From: a virus | Lineage: Duplodnaviria; Heunggongvirae; Uroviricota; Caudoviricetes | DNA: 23,312 bases | Virus record (IMG/VR): IMGVR_UViG_2617270991_000003 | Direction: 5' to 3' (one strand) | Shown here: positions 6,719-14,943 of the stretch, in pieces | Layout of the letters: every line of letters starts with the position of its first letter | Position numbering within the stretch: position 1 is the stretch's first letter | Translations under genes and position numbers: made by a program | Notes under the pieces: model-generated | What the model was told of the DNA's origin: nothing | Database searches by the model: none | What the model saw: the letters and a program-made list of their open reading frames with translations, nothing else

Positions 6719-7759
6719 ATGGCTAACGCCTGGCTCAGATTATGGCATGACATGCCAAATGACCCTAAGTGGCGAACAATTGCCAGGGTGTCAGGGCAGC
6801 CAATTGCAACAGTGATGGCAGTGTATATCCACCTTCTGGTGAGCGCGTCACGAAATGTCACGACATGTCACGGCGTGTCACTACGTGGTCACATTGATGT
6901 CACGACGGAAGATTTAGCAAGTGCGCTTGATGTGACGGAAGAAGTAATTGATTCAATTTTACAGGCAATGCAGGGGCGGGTACTTGATGGAGATTTAATC
7001 ACCGGATGGGAAAAACGCCAGGTACTGAAAGAGGACAATGGCAACGTTTCACAAACCGCGAAATCCCCGGCAGAGCGCAAGAGAGCGCAGCGCGAGAGGG
7101 AAAAATTACGAAAACAGAATGAGGGGTGTCACGACGAGTCACGCATATGTCACGACATGTCACGACGAGTCACGACAGATAAAGATACAGATAAAGAATT
7201 AAACCCCACACATAACGCGCACGTGCGCGAGAGTGCTCCGACCAGTGAGTCGAGTGGTACGCCGTTGCAGGCAGCAGAACCTGCATCCCTGGATGGACTG
7301 AGCGAACCCATCGGGAAATTTCCGATGGTCGATGACTGGCATCCGTCGCCGGATTTTCGACGACGGGCTGCGTTGTGGGGGATGGCTTTGCCGGAGCCGG
7401 AATTTACACCTGCTGAACTTGCCGCTTTCCGGGACTACTGGGCAGCGGAGGGGAAAGTGTTTACTCAGATTCAGTGGGAGCAGAAATTCGCCCGTCACGT
7501 AAATCACGTCAGGGCGCAGGTTAAACCAGTCAGCAAGGGGGTAAACCATGCAGCAGCACCAGGTGGCACCGCATCACGGGCAGTTCAGGAAATTCGGGCA
7601 GCACGTGAGCAGTGGGAACGTGAAAACGGATTTATCAGCGACGGAAACGGTCTGGAAGCTGTGGGAACTCATGGGGGAGGTTTATTCGAACCGCTGGACC
7701 CAGAAGAACGGGGCCGCACCTTCGAAGCTCTGGATTGCACAGATTGGCGCGATGACTGA
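6719..7759 (+). CDS. Replication initiation protein (lambda O position), carrying iterons within its coding sequence
   Basis: Track ORF (ATG at 6719 after GAAGAGG; track starts at GTG 6713); two clusters of TGTCACGAC-type direct repeats inside the gene; followed by a P-like gene. Confidence 0.6.
   Translation: MANAWLRLWHDMPNDPKWRTIARVSGQPIATVMAVYIHLLVSASRNVTTCHGVSLRGHIDVTTEDLASALDVTEEVIDSILQAMQGRVLDGDLITGWEKRQVLKEDNGNVSQTAKSPAERKRAQREREKLRKQNEGCHDESRICHDMSRRVTTDKDTDKELNPTHNAHVRESAPTSESSGTPLQAAEPASLDGLSEPIGKFPMVDDWHPSPDFRRRAALWGMALPEPEFTPAELAAFRDYWAAEGKVFTQIQWEQKFARHVNHVRAQVKPVSKGVNHAAAPGGTASRAVQEIRAAREQWERENGFISDGNGLEAVGTHGGGLFEPLDPEERGRTFEALDCTDWRDD
6846..6907. repeat. Iteron cluster 1: six direct copies of about 10 bp (A/G)TGTCACGAC
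   Basis: cGTCACGAaa TGTCACGACa TGTCACGGCg TGTCACTACg TGGTCACATtga TGTCACGAC read directly. Confidence 0.55.
7125..7200. repeat. Iteron cluster 2 (five copies) followed by AT-rich AGATAAAGATACAGATAAAGAATT; candidate origin core
   Basis: GTGTCACGAC gaGTCACGCA taTGTCACGAC aTGTCACGAC gaGTCACGAC then AT-rich tract; organisation parallels lambda ori inside O. Confidence 0.55.
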
Positions 7760-8213
7760 GCAGCAAATCCGACAGGTCTGCCGCCAGTGCATGGACCGCT
7801 GCCGGGCGGGTGAAACATGGCCTCCGGACCTGGCTGAGTTTGTGGCGCTGATTTCAGAAAGCGGGGCCAATCCATTTGGCCTGACGGTGGATGCTGTGAT
7901 GGAGGAGTACCGCCGCTGGCGTGATGAGTCCTGGCGATATGACGGAAGCGACAAATATCCGTGGCCTCAGCCTGTGCTGTACCACATCTGCCTCGAAATG
8001 CGTACCAGAGGGATTGAGCGCCAGATGACGCAGGGTGAGTTAAAACGACTTGCGGAACGGCAACTGACGAAATGGGCAAAGCATGTTGGTAACGGGATGA
8101 GTGTTCCGCCAGTGCGACGACAACTGGAAGGGGCGAAACACCCGCAAGGGCCAACGCCAATTGAACGGCTGAAACAGGAATACGAACGCCGGAAGGCAGC
8201 TGGTTTTATTTGA
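7548..8213 (+). CDS. Replication protein P-like (helicase loader), 221 aa
   Basis: Track ORF; AGGGGGT RBS before ATG 7548; central region (..IGAMTEQQIRQVCRQ..KYPWPQPVLYHICLEMR..) has the same motif pattern as lambda P (..GITTMEQVNAGMR..SYPWKSNAHYWLV..); overlaps the O-like ORF by 212 nt out of frame. Confidence 0.6.
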   Translation: MQQHQVAPHHGQFRKFGQHVSSGNVKTDLSATETVWKLWELMGEVYSNRWTQKNGAAPSKLWIAQIGAMTEQQIRQVCRQCMDRCRAGETWPPDLAEFVALISESGANPFGLTVDAVMEEYRRWRDESWRYDGSDKYPWPQPVLYHICLEMRTRGIERQMTQGELKRLAERQLTKWAKHVGNGMSVPPVRRQLEGAKHPQGPTPIERLKQEYERRKAAGFI

Positions 8214-8246
8214 ATCTGAGAAACGATTTTGTCGGAGGAAATTTTA

Positions 8247-9017
8247 ATGGAAACCGTATTTGACGCACTGAAAGCAATGGGAAAAGCCACATCGGTAGAA
8301 CTGGCCGCGCGACTTGATATCAGTCGTGAAGAGGTTCTCAACGAGCTGTGGGAACTCAAAAGAAATGGCGTCGTTGATAAAACTGGTCACACCTGGTTTC
8401 TGGCTGGCGAAGGTGAATCCCGGGTAACCGAAGAGCGGCCAGTAAAATCTGAAGCACAGGATATGCTGACCGGAGAGGTCGAACAAAAAGTTACCGCAGA
8501 CATGATGATTGAGTTTATCGGTCAGGATGGTGCTAAAACGTGTGAGGAACTGGCGGGTAAGTTCGGCGTCAGTACTCGCAAGGTTGCCTCCACGCTGGCG
8601 GTGGTAACCGCAATGGGGCGGCTGGCACGCGTTAATCAGAACGGTAAATTTCGTTACTGCATGCCGGGCGATAATTTACCAGCAGAGCCGAAAGCCGCGC
8701 TGGTAACGGAAAGTGATGGTAAGGCCTTTCCTCAGCCAGCAGGTGCTGCGTTACCAGTCCGGGAAGCCGCAACACAGGAAGAAATTAAAACAGAAACTGT
8801 GGCGGACATTGTGCAGCCGTTGCCATCGTTTACCGAAACGCAAGCAGATGAGCTGATTTTTCCGTCCCTTCGCAGGGCAAACCTGGCGCTGCGCAGGGCG
8901 AAAAGTGATGTTCAGAAGTGGGAGCGAGTCTGCGCCGCGCTGCGGGAGCTGAACAAGCACCGGGATATTGTTCGACAGATTACTGATTCTTCCCGCCGTG
9001 TTGTATCGGAAAAGTGA
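8247..9017 (+). CDS. Hypothetical protein with two winged-helix-like segments (256 aa)
   Basis: ATG 8247 with GGAGG RBS 8 nt upstream (track starts at TTG 8229); [27 protein letters not shown] and [24 protein letters not shown] look like HTH/wHTH. Confidence 0.5.
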   Translation: METVFDALKAMGKATSVELAARLDISREEVLNELWELKRNGVVDKTGHTWFLAGEGESRVTEERPVKSEAQDMLTGEVEQKVTADMMIEFIGQDGAKTCEELAGKFGVSTRKVASTLAVVTAMGRLARVNQNGKFRYCMPGDNLPAEPKAALVTESDGKAFPQPAGAALPVREAATQEEIKTETVADIVQPLPSFTETQADELIFPSLRRANLALRRAKSDVQKWERVCAALRELNKHRDIVRQITDSSRRVVSEK

Positions 9018-9032
9018 TTGCCGGAGGCGCTT

Positions 9033-9425
9033 ATGGCAAAAGTATTTACACCAGAAGAGCGGGAAGAAGTGAAGGCGCGCATTGTGGAATTCGTGCGCCT
9101 GAGCGGACGAGAAACTTTTCGACAACTGGCAGATAAAACGGGTGTCAGTAAGACCGCTATTCGTCGTTTATCTGGTGCGCTTGCGGCCAGTGGTGATGTC
9201 TGGCTCTCTGGTTGCGGGGTATTTCCATCAGAGCAGGCGTATCGCGTATGGCGTAAGACACCGGAGAAGGCTGCTGACCCGACACTGATTCGAAAGTTAC
9301 CTGACGGAGAAATACGTCGTTACAACAGACGGCAGAACATAATTTTTCGTGAGTGCCGCCAGAGCGAAGTTATGCAGCGTGTGCTGGCGTTCTATCGGGG
9401 AAACTTTCAGGAGGTGATGGAGTGA
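9033..9425 (+). CDS. Hypothetical protein (130 aa), possible HTH
   Basis: ATG 9033 with GGAGG RBS 5 nt upstream; FRQLADKTGVSKTAIRRLSG motif. Confidence 0.5.
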   Translation: MAKVFTPEEREEVKARIVEFVRLSGRETFRQLADKTGVSKTAIRRLSGALAASGDVWLSGCGVFPSEQAYRVWRKTPEKAADPTLIRKLPDGEIRRYNRRQNIIFRECRQSEVMQRVLAFYRGNFQEVME

Positions 9426-9718
9426 GGGTCAGAGTTTATATTGCCGGTCCAATGACGGGATATGAAAATTTCAACCGTGAGGCGTTTCACAAGGCGGAAG
9501 AGGAACTGAAACGGGAAGGGCATACCGTCTTAAACCCGGCAGTACTTCCGGACGGGCTGACACAGCCGCACTACATGGATATTTGCATGGCAATGATTCG
9601 TTGTGTGGATGCGATTTACATGCTGAATGGCTGGCAGCGGTCAGCGGGCGCTAAGGCAGAGCTGGCACTGGCGGAGAAACTGGGGCATGCAGTGATTTAT
9701 CAGGAGGTGGCTCAATGA
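9422..9718 (+). CDS. DUF4406-like protein (nucleoside 2-deoxyribosyltransferase-like fold), about 98 aa
   Basis: VYIAGPMTGYENFNREAFHKAEEEL pattern typical of this family as I recall it; probable GTG start at 9422 overlapping the upstream stop; start uncertain. Confidence 0.5.
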   Translation: MRVRVYIAGPMTGYENFNREAFHKAEEELKREGHTVLNPAVLPDGLTQPHYMDICMAMIRCVDAIYMLNGWQRSAGAKAELALAEKLGHAVIYQEVAQ

Positions 9719-10176
9719 GAGAGGTTAACTATGAGGCGCTTCGTGAGGCAGCACAAAACTATCAGTCGACGCTGGCGTGGTATCAGGCTATCCCGGACAG
9801 CCCAAATGCTGAACGGGATTGTGATGCGGCTCTTGCTGCGTTTAAGCGTCACATCCGTCATCGGGAAGCGGATATTATCGCTGATTTGCTGGATGGACTG
9901 GAAGAAGCAAAATCACAACTCAACGAGCAGCGTGAGTATTACGAAGGCGTTATCTCTGATGGGAGCAAGCGTATTGCTGAACTGGAAGCGCGGGAAGTTC
10001 AATTACCGACTCGCTACGACCTTCGATATGGACACCCGATAAATGCAGATGAGCGACATGTCATGATACCTAAAGAAAATGGCAGTTGGCTTTACCTGAT
10101 TGACTTAGAACACGCATTACGCGTCGCTGGCATTCGCATCAAAGGAGAGGAGCATGGAAATAAAACCAGAGGATGA
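9715..10176 (+). CDS. Hypothetical protein (153 aa)
   Basis: Track ORF; GGAGGTGG RBS; C-terminus ..GIRIKGEEHG.. contains the conserved junction motif. Confidence 0.5.
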   Translation: MREVNYEALREAAQNYQSTLAWYQAIPDSPNAERDCDAALAAFKRHIRHREADIIADLLDGLEEAKSQLNEQREYYEGVISDGSKRIAELEAREVQLPTRYDLRYGHPINADERHVMIPKENGSWLYLIDLEHALRVAGIRIKGEEHGNKTRG

Positions 10177-10510
10177 GTTAAGCAATATCGTTTTATTTCC
10201 GGTAAAAGAGGATGACCCTCGTAATCAGGTTAATTTTCTTTATGAGCCATCGGAAAGACCATATTGTCATCACGCCTCTGTTCGGGTTGACGAAAAAGAG
10301 CGTCAGGTCCGCTGTAAAATCTGCGGTGCAGTTGTGGAGCCGTTTGACTGGATGCTCTCTGTGGCGAAAAGAGAAACCAGACTGGCAGATGATGTAAGGC
10401 TATTGCGCCAGGAGGAACAGGAAAGGCGGAAAAATATAGAAAAGTTAATTCAGATTGAGCGTAACGCGAAAGCGCGGATATGCAGGGCGACAAAATCCAG
10501 AACTGAATAA
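10154..10510 (+). CDS. Hypothetical protein with Cys/His zinc-ribbon-like motif (118 aa)
   Basis: Track ORF; AAAGGAGAGG RBS; CHH...CKICGAVVEP motif. Confidence 0.5.
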   Translation: MEIKPEDELSNIVLFPVKEDDPRNQVNFLYEPSERPYCHHASVRVDEKERQVRCKICGAVVEPFDWMLSVAKRETRLADDVRLLRQEEQERRKNIEKLIQIERNAKARICRATKSRTE

Positions 10511-10605
10511 TTAAATTTAGCACTGTAAATAAAATCAAATCCTTAACCGGAGGGATTTCTGCACCCTCAGAACATCAGGAGGCCGTCCGAAAGGGCGGTA
10601 GTGAA

Positions 10606-10788
10606 ATGCGAAAATTCAAAATAATTATTGAAACGGGAATAGCCGGTGGAGATTTCGAGGATGAATTCGAAGTGGATGATGATGCAACACCAGATGAAAT
10701 ACAGGATGAAGCTAAAGGTATTTTCTTTAACTACTGCAATTACTCATACCACGAAATAAAAGACGAAGAGGAAGAACAAAATGGCTGA
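10606..10788 (+). CDS. Small acidic hypothetical protein (60 aa)
   Basis: Track ORF; weak RBS; strongly acidic (DFEDEFEVDDDATPDE). Confidence 0.4.
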   Translation: MRKFKIIIETGIAGGDFEDEFEVDDDATPDEIQDEAKGIFFNYCNYSYHEIKDEEEEQNG

Positions 10789-10957
10789 TTCTGGTTCAAC
10801 TAAATATAACGCCAGTTTTGAAGAATGGCATGAACTGTTAATGGATTATGCAGAGTTACGCGGTGGAAGTGCCGCTGATGCTGAAGCATGGCGTGATGAT
10901 TATGAAGCAGGGAAAACACCGGTCGAAGCATATTGTGATGAGTGGGGCGATGAATGA
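10781..10957 (+). CDS. Small hypothetical protein (58 aa)
   Basis: Hand-found ORF (below the track length cut-off): MADSGSTKYNASFEEWHELLMDYAELRGGSAADAEAWRDDYEAGKTPVEAYCDEWGDE; GAGGAAG RBS; overlapping start/stop coupling on both sides. Confidence 0.45.
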   Translation: MADSGSTKYNASFEEWHELLMDYAELRGGSAADAEAWRDDYEAGKTPVEAYCDEWGDE

Positions 10958-11313
10958 GCGAGATTAATTATCAGGAAGGGCATGAAAAGGCAGGGCAGGC
11001 AAAACCAGTGGCATGGCGATATCGCTACGTGAAAAAAGGCGTTACAGACTTTCAGGGGAAGCAGTGGGTTGGTGACTGGAAATATGTCCCGACAAAAGAG
11101 GATTGTAACGACAGACCAAACTATGAAATTCAGGCGTTATTCACTGCCCCGCCTGTGCCACTGACACCAGAAGGATTGATTAAAGCAGTGCGTTTCTATG
11201 AACAGGTAAAGCGTGAGAATCCGCCAGTCGAAACCGGAGCATGGAAAGACGCTGTTGACTGGGTGCTCAAAGAGGCTTGCCAGTCTGTAAACATTGGCAT
11301 CAAAGGAGAGTGA
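10954..11313 (+). CDS. Hypothetical protein (119 aa)
   Basis: Track ORF; ATGA coupling with upstream gene; ends ..NIGIKGE in the conserved junction motif. Confidence 0.5.
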   Translation: MSEINYQEGHEKAGQAKPVAWRYRYVKKGVTDFQGKQWVGDWKYVPTKEDCNDRPNYEIQALFTAPPVPLTPEGLIKAVRFYEQVKRENPPVETGAWKDAVDWVLKEACQSVNIGIKGE

Positions 11314-11315
11314 GA

Positions 11316-11807
11316 ATGCAAATTTCACCGGTTACTCTTCGTGTTGCGAAGGCGTTTATATCCAGACATCACCGACACAATAAACCCCCGGTGGGGCATA
11401 AATTCAGCATTGGTCTGAGAAATGATGCCGGAGAATTGATAGGTGTGGCGACAGCCGGTCGACCTGTTGCACGACATTTGGATGATGGATTAACGCTTGA
11501 AGTAAATCGCACATGTACCACAGGAGAACGCAACGCTAACAGCGCGCTTTATGGTGCTGTCTGGCGGGCAGCAAAAGCTATGGGTTATCAACGTTGTATT
11601 ACGTACACCCGGGCAGATGAATCAGGAGCATCTCTTCGCGCAGCTGGTTTTGTTCGTGTGAAAGAGCTTCCTCCAAGAAAAAGCTGGGCGGAATCAAGCG
11701 TCGCCCTGCGGAGTAAACGCGATCCAGTCGGAAACGGTGGTGTTCCTCGTGTGCTCTGGGAAATCAGGATAATGAGTACCACTGGTATTCGCATCAAAGG
11801 AGAGTGA
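11316..11807 (+). CDS. Hypothetical protein (163 aa)
   Basis: ATG 11316 after AAAGGAGAG (track ORF starts further upstream in frame); ends ..TGIRIKGE in the junction motif. Confidence 0.5.
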   Translation: MQISPVTLRVAKAFISRHHRHNKPPVGHKFSIGLRNDAGELIGVATAGRPVARHLDDGLTLEVNRTCTTGERNANSALYGAVWRAAKAMGYQRCITYTRADESGASLRAAGFVRVKELPPRKSWAESSVALRSKRDPVGNGGVPRVLWEIRIMSTTGIRIKGE

Positions 11808-11808
11808 T

Positions 11809-12072
11809 ATGGCAACTTTGACAAAAAAAGAACGGGCATGGTTGAACGAATTACAGGACGTTCTTGATCGCTGCCCATCACCGAAAAAAATTGGTTTTTA
11901 CACCATTGGCGATAAAAGCATTTACCTGTATGACCTACGCCGCATGGATGAAATCATGGAGGCTCTTGATAATCGTTCGTCGATGGATTGGTGTGTTGCT
12001 GTTCATGATATGAATGCAGGGTTTGATGAAAAGATTTTGTTCCCCTCATCAGTTGAAAGCACTGCGGGTTAA
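11809..12072 (+). CDS. Hypothetical protein (87 aa)
   Basis: Track ORF; AAAGGAGAG RBS. Confidence 0.5.
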   Translation: MATLTKKERAWLNELQDVLDRCPSPKKIGFYTIGDKSIYLYDLRRMDEIMEALDNRSSMDWCVAVHDMNAGFDEKILFPSSVESTAG

Positions 12073-12082
12073 GGAGTAACAC

Positions 12083-12250
12083 ATGACCACTATTACCAAA
12101 GAACGTATTGAATTGTTCATTAAAAACCCGCTTGAAAACGGGCTTACCCGTGGTGAACAAATGGAACTGGCACGGATTGCGCTGGCATCGCTGGAAGCAG
12201 AGCCGGTTGTGTTCTGGTTTGAAAAATATCAAGAAGGGGCTACGGCATGA
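12083..12250 (+). CDS. Small hypothetical protein (55 aa)
   Basis: Hand-found ORF (below the track length cut-off): [55 protein letters not shown]; AAGGAG RBS 6 nt upstream; ATGA coupling to next gene. Confidence 0.45.
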   Translation: MTTITKERIELFIKNPLENGLTRGEQMELARIALASLEAEPVVFWFEKYQEGATA

Positions 12251-12591
12251 CGACTTTTACCAGAGAGCAGTTAATAGCTCACGCAGAGGAGACTATTGAA
12301 GCACAGAGACTGTGCATACCGGGTACAATCGACCATGACATCATCCGCACATATAAGATGGATATTGCTGTTCTGGAAATCGCACTGGTATCGCTGGCAG
12401 CAGAGCCAGCCGGTAAATTGCATGAATACAAACCAGTGGGATATCAGCGTCTGGTCGATGAGTTAACCATGCTGGTAAAGCAGTTAACCTGGCAACTGAG
12501 GAAAGCGAAGCCAGACTGCAAATTACCGGATAAGGCGATGAGTTATCTGGAGCGGAACGGACTGATAAGCGTGGAGGATATTTTACGATGA
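12247..12591 (+). CDS. Hypothetical protein (114 aa)
   Basis: Track ORF, coupled to the upstream gene. Confidence 0.5.
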   Translation: MTTFTREQLIAHAEETIEAQRLCIPGTIDHDIIRTYKMDIAVLEIALVSLAAEPAGKLHEYKPVGYQRLVDELTMLVKQLTWQLRKAKPDCKLPDKAMSYLERNGLISVEDILR

Positions 12592-12671
12592 CCTGGCCTG
12601 AAGCATTAACAACGGTAGGAATTGCGATGGCGGTGGCGCTGGTGGTGTATTCGATTTGCCGCTGGGGATAA
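12588..12671 (+). CDS. Possible small hydrophobic peptide (27 aa)
   Basis: Hand-found ORF: [27 protein letters not shown]; ATGA overlap with upstream stop; GGAGG 11 nt upstream; too short to be sure. Confidence 0.25.
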   Translation: MTWPEALTTVGIAMAVALVVYSICRWG

Positions 12672-12678
12672 AAACGGT

Positions 12679-12706
12679 TTGCGGGAAAAGGAGAGTTAAG
12701 TAGAAT
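12679..12706 (+). promoter_or_regulatory. Candidate promoter of the hok transcript
   Basis: TTGCGG, 16-nt spacer, TAGAAT; followed by a structured leader with inverted repeat CTATCTG...CAGATAG. Confidence 0.35.
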
Positions 12707-12882
12707 TGCAGCGGGTGCTTGAGGCTATCTGTCTCAGGCATGAACACCAAAAGGCAGATAGAGAAAAGCCCCAGTTAACATTACGCGTCCGGCAAGACGC
12801 TTAACATTAATCTGAGGCCATATCTATGCTCTACACACGTAGGTTAGCCTCTTACGTGCCGAAAGGCAAGGAGAAGCAGGCT

Positions 12883-13038
12883 ATGAAGCAGCAAAAGGCG
12901 ATGCTAATCGCCCTGATCGTCATCTGTTTAACCGTCATTGTGACGGCACTGGTAACGAGGAAAGACCTCTGCGAGGTACGAATCCGAACCGGCCAGACGG
13001 AGGTCGCTGTCTTCACAGCTTACGAACCTGAGGAGTAA
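12883..13038 (+). CDS. hokD: Hok/Gef-family type I toxin (51 aa), HokD/RelF-like
   Basis: MKQQKAMLIALIVICLTVIVTALVTRKDLCEVRIRTGQTEVAVFTAYEPEE has the Hok family signature (TM helix, LTRK.LCE.R); track ORF 12826-13038 is an in-frame upstream extension (mok-like reading frame). Confidence 0.75.
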   Translation: MKQQKAMLIALIVICLTVIVTALVTRKDLCEVRIRTGQTEVAVFTAYEPEE

Positions 13039-13108
13039 GAGACCCGGCGGGGGAGTAATCTCCCGCCACCTCTGATGTGCCAGGCATCCTCAACGCACCC
13101 GCACTTAA

Positions 13109-13127
13109 CCCGCTTCGGCGGGTTTTT
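13109..13127 (+). terminator. Rho-independent terminator at the hok transcript 3' end (left copy of the direct repeat)
   Basis: CCCGC-TTCG-GCGGG hairpin followed by TTTTT. Confidence 0.55.
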
Positions 13128-13139
13128 GCATTAGTCTGG

Positions 13140-13168
13140 TTGACAAAAATAGAAAAATGCGAAAATAT
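13140..13168 (+). promoter_or_regulatory. Candidate promoter of the inserted two-gene cassette
   Basis: Consensus -35 TTGACA, 17-nt spacer, weak -10 AAATAT; about 35 nt upstream of gene A ATG. Confidence 0.3.
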
Positions 13169-13203
13169 GTGGTTTACGAATTCTAAAAAAAGCGAAACTT
13201 GAA

Positions 13204-13854
13204 ATGAATGAAAATCAGTTAGCTCCTTGTTGGGAATTTCAACCTTATCTTGCTGAAAACTATGTTCGCCACTTGTTGGCGGAGATCGCTAACGTACTTG
13301 AGCAGCTGTACTATCATAAGCACGCATTAGACAGCAACTGGTCTGAAGGTGTAAGGGCTTATGATTGGGTCAGAAATCATCTTATTCAAAATGAAGATGC
13401 AATTCCTGGCCTTGAGATGATTTCCAAGGGGTTGGACTATGTAGTTGCTTTAAATAAAGTTCCGCTACAATTTACCAAAGATTGCATTAATAACCCCAAA
13501 AAGAAACATCGTCTGCGTCGAAATAAAGTAGAGTATGAGCAGCTCTCATTGTTTGGTGATGTTGAGGCTGAGCAAGATATTACATGGCGAGTCATAGCTG
13601 AGCCTTTTTTATCCGAAGAGGGCGATGGTGAATTAGAGTCCACACTGCCTCGTTGGGAGGTAGCTCTTGTTGGATTTAATACTTATGGTGCTCAGATTAG
13701 TATAGTTTCTCATCAATCTACAGCATCGATGCCGCTTATGCCTCTTGATTATAACACACTCCCTGACGAAGCGGAGATTAATAAGGTGCCTCTTCGTCGG
13801 CGTACGAAGGATAAAGATTTGGATGTGAGCAGTGATGGAACATCAGGTGAATAA
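13204..13854 (+). CDS. Hypothetical protein (216 aa), first gene of the inserted cassette
   Basis: Track ORF; no recognisable motif; acidic; AT-rich codon usage; overlaps the downstream gene by 20 nt. Confidence 0.6.
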   Translation: MNENQLAPCWEFQPYLAENYVRHLLAEIANVLEQLYYHKHALDSNWSEGVRAYDWVRNHLIQNEDAIPGLEMISKGLDYVVALNKVPLQFTKDCINNPKKKHRLRRNKVEYEQLSLFGDVEAEQDITWRVIAEPFLSEEGDGELESTLPRWEVALVGFNTYGAQISIVSHQSTASMPLMPLDYNTLPDEAEINKVPLRRRTKDKDLDVSSDGTSGE

Positions 13855-14938
13855 CTTCACTGAGTATCGGGGTGATAAGCTCAAACTAGCGAGAATGGCT
13901 GTTGGGCTTTCTTGTGAAGAGTTAGCCGAAAAAATTGGCAAGACAAAGCAATTCGTTAGCAAACTGGAGAAGGGGTGCAGGCCATCGGAGCAATGTCTTG
14001 AGTTAATATCTTCAGCGCTTATGATTAAGTCCAGTTTTCTTTTTACTGAACGAAAATACGCTCTGGAAAGTGATGTCTGCCATTTTCGGAGTAAGAAGTC
14101 CAGGACTCAAACGCTGACTAATAGTGTATTGGCCAGGGCTGAGATTCTTAATATTATAATTTCTGCTGTTGAAGGTGAAATCGAATTTCCTGACGTTAAC
14201 ATACCGGAGCACCCAGGGGCTGAATTACTTACTCCGAATGATATTGAGCGAGTGGCAGAAGATTGTCGCCGTGCCTGGAATTTAGGTCTTGGCCCTATAT
14301 CATCAATGGTTAAATTGGCGGAGAGTTTAGGGGTAATCGTTGCGCATGTTACGGGAGTCGATGATCGTGTTGATGCTTTTACTGTTCACAATAACAGGCC
14401 TGTTATCATCAGGAACAATGTTAAAAAAAGCATATGTAGATTTCGCTCTGATTTAGGTCATGAATTAGGGCATTTAGTAATGCATGAGGGCATAACGACA
14501 GGTGATAAACTTACGGAATCACAAGCCGATCACTTTTCGAGCGCCTTATTAGTTCCCAGGTTATCTTTCATTAAAGAATTTCCACGAATACGAGGTAAGC
14601 AATTCGACTGGAATGCTCTGGTTGAATTTAAACTTAGATGGAAAATCAGCCTTAAAATGTGTATTTATCGAGCCAGCGCATTAGGCTTATTGACCCAGGA
14701 ACAGGCAAGAACTGGCTATATGCATCTTAATTCCAGAGGGTATACGAGAGTTGAACCTGGTGATGAACTTTTGCGCCCTGAAGAACCCGGCATGCTGGCC
14801 GAGGCGATTGAAATGCTGGATGATGCAACCTGGCTAAGAATTCTTATGAAAACTGGCTTGAGCCAAGATTTAATTCGTGAGTTGTTCTCCATCAACAGAC
14901 CTATTACAAATCCAAGAAATATTTTCCAGATTGTTTGA
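13835..14938 (+). CDS. Fused XRE-family HTH / ImmA-IrrE (COG2856, M78-like) zinc metallopeptidase (about 367 aa)
   Basis: N-terminal HTH (KLKLARMAVGLSCEELAEKIGKTKQFVSKLEKGCRPS); HExxH motif HELGHLVMH in an ImmA/IrrE-like context; ATG 13835 (track starts at adjacent GTG 13832). Confidence 0.75.
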   Translation: MEHQVNNFTEYRGDKLKLARMAVGLSCEELAEKIGKTKQFVSKLEKGCRPSEQCLELISSALMIKSSFLFTERKYALESDVCHFRSKKSRTQTLTNSVLARAEILNIIISAVEGEIEFPDVNIPEHPGAELLTPNDIERVAEDCRRAWNLGLGPISSMVKLAESLGVIVAHVTGVDDRVDAFTVHNNRPVIIRNNVKKSICRFRSDLGHELGHLVMHEGITTGDKLTESQADHFSSALLVPRLSFIKEFPRIRGKQFDWNALVEFKLRWKISLKMCIYRASALGLLTQEQARTGYMHLNSRGYTRVEPGDELLRPEEPGMLAEAIEMLDDATWLRILMKTGLSQDLIRELFSINRPITNPRNIFQIV

Positions 14939-14943
14939 GTATA

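Noticed and set aside
7669-8160. Minus-strand ORFs 7669-8160, 7682-7954, 7967-8359 and 7199-7549
   Set aside because: Antisense to the O-like and P-like genes; Ser/Arg/Pro-rich translations typical of shadow frames.
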